Part shown: piece after piece, positions 1-8,312 of the stretch | Layout: every line of letters begins with the position of its first letter | Position numbering within the stretch: the first letter of the stretch is position 1 | Source: Polyangia bacterium | Lineage (GTDB): Bacteria > Myxococcota_A > Polyangia > JACRCY01 | Length of the DNA stretch: 64,000 bases | Direction of reading: 5' to 3' | Assembly (NCBI GenBank): GCA_036504295.1 | Contig: DASXVK010000718.1 | Location: forward strand, 339-64,338 | Program-made: the position numbers and the translations under genes | The notes under the pieces: generated by a model | The model's database searches: none | What the model saw: only the letters and a program-made list of their open reading frames with translations | Told to the model about the DNA's origin: nothing

Positions 1-2066
1 TAGTCGGCGGTGTTCTTGCCCATGTCCTCGGTGGCGTTGGCCAGCTCCATCGCGTTGAAGTCGGTGCTCCAGTCGCCCTCGTTCCGCGTGGGCTGGCCCG
101 TCGCCGGGTCGAAGCCCATGTGGTCGAAGTAGCCGAGGGCGCCCGACCGCGGGTGATTGAGCTGGATGACGGCGCCGTCGTGCTGCTGGCGCAGCAGCGC
201 GAACTGCTGCGACGGCACGAAGCCCTCCCAGTAGAGCGGGGCGCCGCCGTTGGGCTGGTCCGCGCGCGGCGTGATCGGGTAGACGTTGAAGTGGCCGATG
301 GGCCCGGGCGACACCTCGACCCCGCCCATGCCGGCGACGAGCGGCCGCAGCCCCATCGCGTCGACGAGCGGGGCGTAGTCGCCGATGACGTCGTGCTCGG
401 TCTCGATCGCGACGTCGAGCCCCGCGGCGACGATGCTGAGCAGGCGCTCCTCGAGCGTGCAGGCCCCGTCGGGCGACGGGTCGGAGTGGAGGTGCGAGTC
501 CATCGCGAGCCAGCCGGTGCGGTCGACCGTCTCGGGCAGGCTCGCGGCGACGGTGGTGGTGGCGCCGGCGGCGATGGTCACGTCCTCCGCGTGGACCTCC
601 GCGAAGAAGCCGCGGCTGGCCTCGACCCGGTACTGGCCGGGGGGCAGCGCGAGCCGCGCGACGCCGTCGGCGGTGAAGGCGAACGCCGCGAGGTCGTGGG
701 GCAGGGCGCGCTCGCCGAGGCCCTCGATGGGGTCGGGCAGCGCCGGGCTCACGGCCTTCACCTGCACCTTGCCGGCGGCGGCGGCGCCGTGGCCGTCGTC
801 GACGAGCACCTCGAGCGTGCCCTCGACGGGGAGCGTCAGGTCCTGGGTCATGGCGCCGGGCGGGACGGTGATCTCGACCGGTGCGCCGTGGGCGCGGCGG
901 GCCGCGCTCCCGAGCGGCGTCGCCGGCGACGTCGCATAGAGGGTGTAGTCCCCGGGCGCCAGCTCGAGCGCGAAGGCGCCCTCGGCGCCGGTCGTCGTGG
1001 CGGTGACGCCGGCGCCGCCGGGGCGCGTGAACGCGTGCACGCGGGCCCCGACGACGGGCGCGCCGTCGCGGGTGACGCCGCCGCTGAGCGCCGTGCCGCC
1101 GGCCTCGCCCGTGAGCGCGCGCCGGGCGCGCTGCAGCCCCTCGACGTCCTCGGCGACGAGCCAGTGGAAGGTCCAGGTCGCCGTGTCGCACGGCGCGACG
1201 GTCGGGTGCTCCCCGGCGAGGAATGTGACCGCGATGCCCTGCACGTCCAGGCTGAGCACCAGCCCGCCGGGAGCGTAGAGGCCGTAGGCGATGCCGTCGC
1301 CGACCGCGCCGAAGAAGTCGCGCTGGCCGCCGTGCGTCCCGACGAAGCCGCGCCCCGGGTCCCACGGCGCCATCGTGCCGCTCACCTGGAACGCGGCGCC
1401 GCGCGGCACCTCGATCGCCTCGGGGCCGAGGTTGCGCACCGTCGTCGTCACCTCGAGCGACGAGGCGCCCGGGGCGAGGCGGTAGTCGATGGTCACCCAC
1501 AGCGGCAGGCCCGCGATCGGCAGCCACCAGGTGGCGAACGGCAGCGCGACGGCCGGGCCCTCGGCGCGCACGGCCGCGGGCTGGCCGTCCTCGCCGTCGT
1601 TGACGAGGGTCACGCGCACGACCTCGCCGATGCTGACCTCGGCGATCGGCGCGAGCTCCTTGAGCTGATCGCGCCCGCGCGAGCGGCGCAGCCCGTTGGC
1701 CGGGGCGGTGACGGGGGCGACGAGGTCGGCGTCGGACGGCGTGCCCGCGACGTTCACGTAGCCGTCCGAGACGCGCTCGCCATCGATGGTGAAGACGACC
1801 TTGCAGTTGTAGAGCTTGTAGTCGCCCGCGCGCGAGAGCGCCTGCGGCCCGGCGACGAGCGCCTCGGCCGCGTCCGGCCCCAGGCGCCCGCCGCGCGCGC
1901 GGCTGCAGTCGAGCGGAGCGGCGAGATCGAGCGTCGAGGCGGGCTCGTTCGCCGGCTGGATGGCCGGCGCCGGGCACGCCCCGCCATCCGGCGTCGCGGA
2001 GGGGGAGCTGTCGCAGGCGGCGAGGGCGAGGGCGGCGAGGCCGAGGAGCAGAAGGCGCGAGCGCAT
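1..2066 (-). CDS. Lipoprotein with a PHP/CehA-like metal-dependent phosphoesterase domain; the 3' end runs off the window
   Basis: Absent from the ORF track because it has no in-window stop. The reverse-complement reading from ATG at 2066 gives MRSRLLLLGLAALALAACDSS (lipobox LAAC) and stays open down to position 3. The C-terminal part contains LAMDSHLHSDPSPDG and QLNHPRSG, which are PHP/CehA-type hydrolase-like motifs. Track ORF 120..2843 (+) is its antisense shadow. Confidence 0.6.
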   Translation of the reverse strand, partial: MRSRLLLLGLAALALAACDSSPSATPDGGACPAPAIQPANEPASTLDLAAPLDCSRARGGRLGPDAAEALVAGPQALSRAGDYKLYNCKVVFTIDGERVSDGYVNVAGTPSDADLVAPVTAPANGLRRSRGRDQLKELAPIAEVSIGEVVRVTLVNDGEDGQPAAVRAEGPAVALPFATWWLPIAGLPLWVTIDYRLAPGASSLEVTTTVRNLGPEAIEVPRGAAFQVSGTMAPWDPGRGFVGTHGGQRDFFGAVGDGIAYGLYAPGGLVLSLDVQGIAVTFLAGEHPTVAPCDTATWTFHWLVAEDVEGLQRARRALTGEAGGTALSGGVTRDGAPVVGARVHAFTRPGGAGVTATTTGAEGAFALELAPGDYTLYATSPATPLGSAARRAHGAPVEITVPPGAMTQDLTLPVEGTLEVLVDDGHGAAAAGKVQVKAVSPALPDPIEGLGERALPHDLAAFAFTADGVARLALPPGQYRVEASRGFFAEVHAEDVTIAAGATTTVAASLPETVDRTGWLAMDSHLHSDPSPDGACTLEERLLSIVAAGLDVAIETEHDVIGDYAPLVDAMGLRPLVAGMGGVEVSPGPIGHFNVYPITPRADQPNGGAPLYWEGFVPSQQFALLRQQHDGAVIQLNHPRSGALGYFDHMGFDPATGQPTRNEGDWSTDFNAMELANATEDMGKNTAD

Positions 2067-2126
2067 GGCGCATCTTACCGCGGCCGGGGCGGGGGGCGAA
2101 ACGGGGGGGGGCGCGCGCACCGGCGC

Positions 2127-2807
2127 TCAATCCACGGAGCCGCGCGGCCGCTCGTCGAAGGCGACCAGGCCACAGCGGCGCCAGCCCTCCCGCAGCAACC
2201 AGGTCTTTGCGCGGCGCGTCGGCGGCGCCTCGTCCGGCGGCAGCGCCCAGCGCGGCCGCGGGCCGCGCCAGCCGTCGAACCAGAAGCCGGAGGCGCACGG
2301 GTCGAGGCACTGCGCGCCGCGGATCGCCTTGCGCCAGTTTTGGAGCACATAGACGATGGCGTTGCGCGTCTCGCGCGGCGTGCGCAGCGCCCGCGCGTGA
2401 TAGCGGTCCCCCCACACCCGCCCGCGGTGGTCGAGCGCGCGGTTGAGGGCCTTGGCGCTGCGGATGGCGAAGCCGCGCAGGCCGCGGATGAGGCTGGCGC
2501 GGTCGCTCGCCTCGACGATGAGGTGCAGGTGATCGCCCTGCACGCTGAAGTGGATGATGCGAAAGTCGGGTCGCTGCGCGGCGCGGATCGCGGCCTCGAG
2601 CGCGTTGAAGGGCGCCCCCTCGCGCAGCGAGCCGACCTCGGCGCAGGCCCGGAACGTCGCGTGGACCGGGTGCCTCCCGACGTGCGGCGGGCGCCTGACA
2701 TGCGGCACGCGGGCCCGGTCGCCCGTGCGCTTGCGCCCGGCGCGCGGGCGCTGGCCGCCCCATCCGGAGGTGCGCGGGAGCTCGAGTTGGGCGACGGAGC
2801 ATGGCAT
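2127..2807 (-). CDS. REP-associated tyrosine transposase-like protein (IS200/IS605 TnpA-like Y1 HUH enzyme), solitary
   Basis: This is the last 226 aa of track ORF 2127..3224, with ATG at 2807. It has the HUH motif in FSVQGDHLHLIVEA and a catalytic-Tyr context in RNAIVYVLQNW. No tnpB or second transposase gene lies nearby. Confidence 0.75.
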   Translation of the reverse strand: MPCSVAQLELPRTSGWGGQRPRAGRKRTGDRARVPHVRRPPHVGRHPVHATFRACAEVGSLREGAPFNALEAAIRAAQRPDFRIIHFSVQGDHLHLIVEASDRASLIRGLRGFAIRSAKALNRALDHRGRVWGDRYHARALRTPRETRNAIVYVLQNWRKAIRGAQCLDPCASGFWFDGWRGPRPRWALPPDEAPPTRRAKTWLLREGWRRCGLVAFDERPRGSVD

Positions 2808-2836
2808 GCGGGACTCGCGATCTTGATTCAGCGTAT

Positions 2837-2865
2837 ATTGTAAGCACGAGGCCCGCCGGGCGCAA
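2837..2865 (-). promoter_or_regulatory. Candidate sigma-70-type promoter of the RAYT-like gene
   Basis: The minus strand reads TTGCGC, a 17-nt spacer, then TACAAT, ending about 30 nt upstream of ATG 2807. The -35 hexamer lies inside the perfect 16-bp palindrome GCAACCCCGGGGTTGC (2862..2877). Confidence 0.3.
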
Positions 2866-3015
2866 CCCCGGGGTTGCACAAAAATATTCCCGGCACAGCC
2901 TCGACGCACCGTGGAGCAGGCCCCGGGCGTCCGGCCCCCTGGCACGCGGGCACCGCCGTGCCCCCGCGCCCCGACAACCGTTGACGTCACCCCCCGAGCC
3001 GACCCATTCTGACGC

Positions 3016-4002
3016 GTGATGCGGTTGCACCCCGGCGCCCTGCTGGCGGTCGCGGCTTCCACCTTCGCGCTCTCCGGCCCCGTGCGAGCGGATCCGTCCG
3101 TGATCGTGACGGGCCGCGCCGACGCGTGCCCCGCGCCGGCCGCGGTGGCGGCCGCGCTTGCGGCGGTCGCACCCGGCGAGCGCGTCGAGGTCGGGGCTCC
3201 CGAGCAGGCCGCGTCCGCGCGCATCGACGATCTGGGCCCGCGGTACCGCGTTCAGGTCGGCCAGGCCGCGCGCACCATCGAGGACCCGGGCCGAGACTGC
3301 AAGGAGCGGGCGCGGGTCGCCGCGATCGTCGTGGCGCTCACCCTCTTCCCGCCCTCAGCGGGCGGCGCGCGTGGGGGCTCGGCCGCGCGCCCGCCGACCC
3401 CGGCCGCACCTCGCCGAGCCGCTCGCGCCGTCGACGCCGAGATGCCGGCGGGTCTCGTCGCCGCAGGCGCTGGCGCGGGGAGGCGCTCCCGGTGGCACGC
3501 GGAGATCGAGCTCACCCCGCTCGTGTCGCTGGCCGCCGGCCGTGGCGACTGGGCCGCGACCGCGGCGGGCGCGCTCCGGATCCGCGCCGGGGCCGGCCGC
3601 CTCGGGCTCAGCCTCGGCGCCGAGGCTGGCGGGGACGTCGACCGCCGCCTCACCCGCGGGGCGGCGACGCTCGGCCGTTACGGTTTCGACCTCGGCGCCT
3701 ACGCCGCGTCGCCGCTGCGGCGCATCGGGGTCGTGGGCGAGCTCGGGCTGGCCCTGGCCGCGTTGCACGCTGCCGGCCGCGACATCGGCGCGGCGGCGAC
3801 CTCGACCGGGCTCGAGCTCGGCATCCGCGCCGGCGTCGCCGCACGCGTGTGGCTCACGCGCTCCCTCGGCGTGTCGGCCACCGCCGCGGTCGTGGTCGTG
3901 CCGCAGACCCTCGACCTTGTCGCCCCACCAGCGGGTAGCCTGGGCACGACACCGCGCGTCTGGATCGGGCTGGGCCTGGGCGTCATCGCACGCCGGGATT
4001 GA
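3016..4002 (+). CDS. Secreted hypothetical protein (signal peptide, Ala/Gly-rich C-terminal half)
   Basis: The N-terminus MMRLHPGALLAVAASTFALSGPVRADP looks like a Sec signal. Of the three overlapping + ORFs here, this is the only one with protein-like composition. Its stop overlaps the start of the ECF sigma gene. Confidence 0.5.
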   Translation: MMRLHPGALLAVAASTFALSGPVRADPSVIVTGRADACPAPAAVAAALAAVAPGERVEVGAPEQAASARIDDLGPRYRVQVGQAARTIEDPGRDCKERARVAAIVVALTLFPPSAGGARGGSAARPPTPAAPRRAARAVDAEMPAGLVAAGAGAGRRSRWHAEIELTPLVSLAAGRGDWAATAAGALRIRAGAGRLGLSLGAEAGGDVDRRLTRGAATLGRYGFDLGAYAASPLRRIGVVGELGLALAALHAAGRDIGAAATSTGLELGIRAGVAARVWLTRSLGVSATAAVVVVPQTLDLVAPPAGSLGTTPRVWIGLGLGVIARRD

Positions 4003-4601
4003 AGGTTCTGCGTCCATGCGCCCACTCCCGAGGTGACGTGCCGCTGGCGGTCGACAGGGCCCTGGACGAAACGGTGCGCGCCGAGGCGCTGACGCTGGAG
4101 TCGATCTACGACGCCTGGTTCCATGAGGTGTCGCGCTGGGCCCGTGCGCTCGGCGGCCTCGACGCCGACGTCGACGACGTCGCGCAGGAAGTCTTCGTCG
4201 TCGTGCGCCGGAAGCTCGCGGGCTTCCGCGGCCAGAACCTCCCGGGCTGGCTGTACGGCATCACCTCACGCGTGGTCCGCGACCAGCGCCGGCGGGCCTG
4301 GTTCCGCCATCTCGTACGCGGCCGCGCGATGGTCAGCCTGGACGAGCTGCGGTCGCCGGCCCCGGGCCCTATGGAGGCGCTCGACGAGAAGGAGAGCCGG
4401 CGGCGGCTCCAGGCGCTGCTCGACCAGCTCAGCGAGAAGCGGCGCAGCGCCTTCGTGCTGTACGAGATCGAGGGGTACAGCGGCGAGGAGATCGCCGCCT
4501 TGCAGGGCATACCCGTGGCGACGGTCTGGACGCGGCTCCACCACGCCCGCCGCGATCTCACGGCCCTGGTCGCGCGCGCTCGCGCGAAGGAACGAGGATG
4601 A
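3999..4601 (+). CDS. ECF-family RNA polymerase sigma factor
   Basis: Region 2-like VAQEVFVVVRRKLAGFRGQNLPGWLYGITSRVVRDQRR and region 4-like LSEKRRSAFVLYEIEGYSGEEIAALQGIPVATVWTRLHHARRDL are present. The exact start is uncertain (TTG at 3999, or an internal GTG a few codons later). Confidence 0.85.
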   Translation: MKVLRPCAHSRGDVPLAVDRALDETVRAEALTLESIYDAWFHEVSRWARALGGLDADVDDVAQEVFVVVRRKLAGFRGQNLPGWLYGITSRVVRDQRRRAWFRHLVRGRAMVSLDELRSPAPGPMEALDEKESRRRLQALLDQLSEKRRSAFVLYEIEGYSGEEIAALQGIPVATVWTRLHHARRDLTALVARARAKERG

Positions 4602-5395
4602 TGCGTCGGTTGCGCGACGAAGCCCCCGCCGACGATCCCGACCTCGAGGTCGTCGCGCGTCTGGCGGCGAAGGTGCCGCCACTGCGCCCGTCGCCGTCGA
4701 GTCAGCAGGCGGTGTGGAGCGCGCTCACCCGCGCGCCCCGCGCGCGCCCGTGGCACCGGCGGGTGCCGGCGCTCGCGGCCGGGATTCTGCTTATCGCGAC
4801 GGCGGCGGCCGCCGCGGGTGTGGCCGGCACCCGATTGGCGCGGCGTCTCGAGGCACGGCGACCGGCTCCCGGCGTCCCGGACGACGCAGGGCGGGGGCAG
4901 GTCCGCGCGCCTGGAGACGCGAATGCCGCACCGGCGCCTTCGTCGCAGCCACGCCCAGCGGCGCCGTCTCAGTCGCTCGCGGGCGGCGCGCCGGTGGCCG
5001 GCGCTGCCCGGGCGGAGCCGGTGCGCTACCCCCGGACTCCCGCCCCCGCATCGCGGAGCGCGCGGCCACCCTCGCCGGCGGCCCCCACGCCGCCAGCCCT
5101 GCTGCCCGGCGCCGCGCCGGATGCGGAGCTCGTGCTGGGCGCGCTCGCGGCCTTGCGTCGCGAGCACGCGCCCGCGCGCGCCAGCGCCCTCCTCGAGCAG
5201 TACCTCCACCGCCACCCTGACGGCCTGCTCGCCGAGGATGCCTTGGCCCTTGCGATCGAAGCCGCGGCCGCTCGTGGGGACGCCGCGGCGGCGAGAGTCG
5301 CGCGCCGATACCTCGGCCAGTTTCCGGACGGCCGCTTCCGTGCCACGGCGCAGCAGGCGATCATGCGGTTCAGCAGCGACGGCGGTGCCGAATGA
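4598..5395 (+). CDS. Putative anti-sigma factor (single TM helix, helical-repeat C-terminal domain)
   Basis: It has a 4-nt ATGA overlap with the sigma gene. There is one hydrophobic helix (VPALAAGILLIATAAAAAGVAG), a Pro/Ala-rich linker and a TPR-like end (LLEQYLHRHPDGLLAEDALALAIEAAAARGD). Confidence 0.6.
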   Translation: MMRRLRDEAPADDPDLEVVARLAAKVPPLRPSPSSQQAVWSALTRAPRARPWHRRVPALAAGILLIATAAAAAGVAGTRLARRLEARRPAPGVPDDAGRGQVRAPGDANAAPAPSSQPRPAAPSQSLAGGAPVAGAARAEPVRYPRTPAPASRSARPPSPAAPTPPALLPGAAPDAELVLGALAALRREHAPARASALLEQYLHRHPDGLLAEDALALAIEAAAARGDAAAARVARRYLGQFPDGRFRATAQQAIMRFSSDGGAE

Positions 5396-5533
5396 AGCGT
5401 TCGGCCTCGTGCGCCCACTCCCCTCACCAGGGATGGAGGCTCGCCATGCGCATGATGCTCCTCTGCGGCCTGTTGCTGGCCGCGTGCACGCGACAGCTCC
5501 AGGTCGGCGATCTCACCGGCGACGGCGGCCCGC
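5384..5533. repeat. Copy A of a duplicated about 150-bp promoter-proximal/RBS/lipoprotein-signal cassette
   Basis: It aligns without gaps to 6140..6289. I counted about 71% identity over the 62 nt upstream of the ATG and about 88% over the first 80 coding nt. Confidence 0.8.
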
Positions 5534-6108
5534 AGCGCGATGCGCCGGTCGATGGGGGGGTCGCGGGCGACGGGGCCGCCGCCGACGCCCGTGACGCCGG
5601 TGCCGGGCAAGACTGCACCGGCTCCGTCGGCATGGGCGGCAGCTGCGACCGGTCGAGCGGCCTGGTCTGTTACCAGGGACACTGCGCTCCCGTGTGCGAG
5701 GTCTTCGGGATCGACGGTGGCACGCTGTGCAATCAATGGCCGAGCAACGGTGGCACGGTCGCGTGCTGCGGCCCTGACCAGCAGTGCTGCTCCGTCAGCA
5801 TCCACGACATCCAGGGCTGCCAGCCCGCCGCCGAGCCCTGCCCGACGCCCTGCGGCGAGAACGCCCTGTGCCGCGTGGCGCAGTGGTGCGCCGTCGCCTA
5901 CAACCCGTTGCACCTCCCGCAAGACGACACCTGCGACATCACCGGGTGGTACTCGCAGAAGACGTGCGCTGACAGCTGCCCCCCCGAGGCGCAGTGCGGC
6001 CGCGAGTGCTGCGGCGCCAGCAGCCGGTGCGCCGGGAGCTGCTGCGTCCCGGTTCGGCCCGACGGCGGCCAGGGCGATGCGGCGATCCCGGATGCGGCGA
6101 CGGACTGA
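5446..6108 (+). CDS. Cysteine-rich secreted lipoprotein, hypothetical
   Basis: ATG 5446 is preceded by GGAGG. The signal is MRMMLLCGLLLAAC (lipobox LAAC). The mature part contains more than 20 Cys (for example CCGPDQQCCS and CGRECCGASSRCAGSCC). Confidence 0.6.
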   Translation: MRMMLLCGLLLAACTRQLQVGDLTGDGGPQRDAPVDGGVAGDGAAADARDAGAGQDCTGSVGMGGSCDRSSGLVCYQGHCAPVCEVFGIDGGTLCNQWPSNGGTVACCGPDQQCCSVSIHDIQGCQPAAEPCPTPCGENALCRVAQWCAVAYNPLHLPQDDTCDITGWYSQKTCADSCPPEAQCGRECCGASSRCAGSCCVPVRPDGGQGDAAIPDAATD

Positions 6109-6139
6109 GCGTCCCTGCGGGCGCGGTGGCTTCGACGGA

Positions 6140-6289
6140 GGTGCCGATCGAAGCTCTGGGCGTCGTTTGACCACTCCCCTTCATTCGCCGGGAGGCTCGC
6201 CATGCGCGTGATGCTCGCCTGCACTCTGTTGCTGGCCGCGTGCACGTGGCAGCTCCAGGTCGGGGATCTCACCGACGACGGCGGCGCTC
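6140..6289. repeat. Copy B of the duplicated promoter-proximal/RBS/lipoprotein-signal cassette
   Basis: See 5384..5533. The shared peptide is MR(M/V)ML..LLLAAC(T)xQLQVGDLT(G/D)DGG. Confidence 0.8.
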
Positions 6290-7038
6290 CGCCTGACGCG
6301 CCGGCCGACGCCGCGCTCGCCGACGATGCGGCGGAACGGCCCGCGCCTCCGCCGCCCCTCGACCCGGCGCTACAGCAGTGTGACGGCTATCCCACGGTCC
6401 TGATGCCGCTCGACGGCGAGGCCGGTGTCGCCCGCGACGCGGCCCGCGAGCAGCTCCGCCTCGCGACGGGCGCCAGCATCGCCCTCTGGACGACCGGCGA
6501 CGTGAGTCAGATGTTCGACGTCAACGCGGCCCTCGCCGTGCGCGTGGGTGACTCGCCGGAGGCGCTCGACGTGGGCCTGCGGGCGTTCTTCGGCACCTGG
6601 CAGGAGGCGTTTGGCTTCACCCTGGACCCGCTGGCGACGACGTTCGCGGGCGCGACGTCGCCTCCCCGGATCGAGGTGCGGCTCCGCTCGTGGGGCACGG
6701 AGTGGCTGATCTGGGCCGCGTACCTCGACGTCCTGCGGCTGCCGCCGGTCGTGCGCGCGTGCGAGCGACTCGACCTGGCCCAGGTGCACGCGGCGATCGT
6801 CGGAACGCCCATCCCCGGCTGCGGCGACTTGGGCTCCACCTGGCTGTTCGAGCCCAACGACATCGCCGTCGAGGCCTCGGGCCTCCTGCTCTGCCTGCCG
6901 GAGCGGGGCTGTGCCACCGACGAGGCTCCCAGCATCCGCTGGGCCTGGCAAGTGAGCGTGGGGCAGGCGGGCGCGCCGAAGGTTTACCTCGACGGTGCGA
7001 CGGGGCAGATCCTGATGGTCGTCCAGAGCTGCATCTGA
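6202..7038 (+). CDS. Secreted lipoprotein, hypothetical (mature domain unrelated to the 5446..6108 product)
   Basis: GGGAGG RBS; signal MRVMLACTLLLAAC. The mature region has normal globular composition. Confidence 0.6.
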   Translation: MRVMLACTLLLAACTWQLQVGDLTDDGGAPPDAPADAALADDAAERPAPPPPLDPALQQCDGYPTVLMPLDGEAGVARDAAREQLRLATGASIALWTTGDVSQMFDVNAALAVRVGDSPEALDVGLRAFFGTWQEAFGFTLDPLATTFAGATSPPRIEVRLRSWGTEWLIWAAYLDVLRLPPVVRACERLDLAQVHAAIVGTPIPGCGDLGSTWLFEPNDIAVEASGLLLCLPERGCATDEAPSIRWAWQVSVGQAGAPKVYLDGATGQILMVVQSCI

Positions 7039-7068
7039 GGCCGGCTCCTTGCGCGCGCCGCTCCGTCG

Positions 7069-7479
7069 GTGCACCGTCGGGAGATGAAATTCACCGGCAT
7101 CTGCCCCAGGTGCCGCAACAATCGCATCCTCTTCCTCGAGCAGGCGCGGCTCCCGTCGTGCGACTCGTCGAACGGAACGGTCCCGATCGCCCCCGCGACC
7201 GTCGAGACGGCGGGCTGGCCCGGTGGCCGCATCTCCTCCGGGACCATGCAGACCGCGATCTGCGCGCGCTGCGGGTTCGTGGAGTGGTACGCGGTCGGCT
7301 TTCAGCAGCTCGAGCAGCTGGCGCAGCACCCCGCCTCGGGCGTCCGGCTCATCGTCGGTCCGCCCCCCGCGCCTCCGACGAGGGGCAGCAGGCCGCGGAA
7401 GATCGGCCACGGGACGCGGCCGGGCAGGTCGGCCGCGCGCCGCGCCGCCGCGCCCCGCGCCTCGAGGCGGTCGAGGTAG
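7069..7479 (+). CDS. Small putative zinc-ribbon protein
   Basis: Two CxxC pairs are present (CPRC near the N-terminus, CARC about 60 aa later). The start is GTG 7069 or ATG 7084. The last about 60 codons are low-complexity and overlap the 3' end of the convergent radical SAM gene. Confidence 0.4.
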   Translation: MHRREMKFTGICPRCRNNRILFLEQARLPSCDSSNGTVPIAPATVETAGWPGGRISSGTMQTAICARCGFVEWYAVGFQQLEQLAQHPASGVRLIVGPPPAPPTRGSRPRKIGHGTRPGRSAARRAAAPRASRRSR

Positions 7480-8303
7480 CGCGGCTCGGGGGCGCCCGAG
7501 CGCGCCGCCGCGCGGTAGAGGCGGTCGTAGCCCGGCACGAGGTCGGGGTGCGCCTCGGCGAGCGCCGCGCGGTAGGTCTCGGCCTGCACGCCGGGGCGCA
7601 GCGTGAGCCCGCCGAGGCAGACGAAGTCGGCGCCGGCCTCTCGCGCCTGCTGCACGAGCGCCGCGACCTGCGCGGGCTGGTCGGCGAGGCCCGGCAGCAG
7701 CGGCATGCCCATGACGCCGGCGGCGAGCCCGCGCGCCTTCGCGCGGGCTATCAAGGCGAAGCGCGTCGCGATGGGGGCCGCGCCCGGCTCGAAGCGCGCG
7801 CGGAGCGCCTCGTCGACGGTCGCGATGCTGAAGGAGAGGATCGCGCGCGCCCGCGCGTTGATCGCCGCGAGCAGGTCGAGGTCGCGCTCGACGAGCGCCG
7901 ACTTGGTGAGCACGTGGACGGGCAGGCCCTGCGCCAGGCACACCTCGAGCACGCCGCGGGCGAGACCGAACCGCGCCTCGGCCGGCTGGTAGGAGTCCGA
8001 CACCCCGCCGCCGAGGAGCACGAAGCCGGGCTCGCGCCGGCCCGCGAGCTCCTGCGCGAGCAGCGCCGGCGCGTTGCGCTTCACCTGGATGTCACGGGCG
8101 AAGTCCCCGGCCACGTGGTAGCGCTCGGCCCGGCCGTCGCAGTAGAGGCAGCCGTGCTCGCAGCCGCGGTACAGGTTCATGCCGTAACGGCCGAGGAACC
8201 ACGGGTCCGTCGTCCCGGCGCGGCGCGTGATGCTCTTGGCCAGAACCTCGTGGTACGCGGCGTTCACGACGCCGCCATCGTACACCGCCGCAGGGACCTG
8301 CAT
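7302..8303 (-). CDS. Radical SAM protein (SplB/COG1533-like)
   Basis: This is the C-terminal 333 aa of track ORF 7302..9149, with ATG at 8303. It contains DPWFLGRYGMNLYRGCEHGCLYCDGR, which carries the CxxxCxxC radical SAM cluster motif. Confidence 0.8.
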   Translation of the reverse strand: MQVPAAVYDGGVVNAAYHEVLAKSITRRAGTTDPWFLGRYGMNLYRGCEHGCLYCDGRAERYHVAGDFARDIQVKRNAPALLAQELAGRREPGFVLLGGGVSDSYQPAEARFGLARGVLEVCLAQGLPVHVLTKSALVERDLDLLAAINARARAILSFSIATVDEALRARFEPGAAPIATRFALIARAKARGLAAGVMGMPLLPGLADQPAQVAALVQQAREAGADFVCLGGLTLRPGVQAETYRAALAEAHPDLVPGYDRLYRAAARSGAPEPRYLDRLEARGAAARRAADLPGRVPWPIFRGLLPLVGGAGGGPTMSRTPEAGCCASCSSC

Positions 8304-8312
8304 CCAAGCGGG

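Noticed and set aside
120-2843. 907-aa + strand ORF, the longest ORF at the left end.
   Set aside because: Its translation is Arg/Gly/Ala/Asp-rich with no motifs. It is the antisense shadow of the lipoprotein/PHP gene (1..2066) and the RAYT gene, both of which give recognisable proteins on the minus strand.
6690-8312. Upstream 540 codons of track ORF 6690..9425, and the upstream part (8304..9149) of track ORF 7302..9149.
   Set aside because: Both are antisense or out-of-frame read-through over other genes. Only the C-terminal parts match known families (fatty acid hydroxylase, radical SAM).
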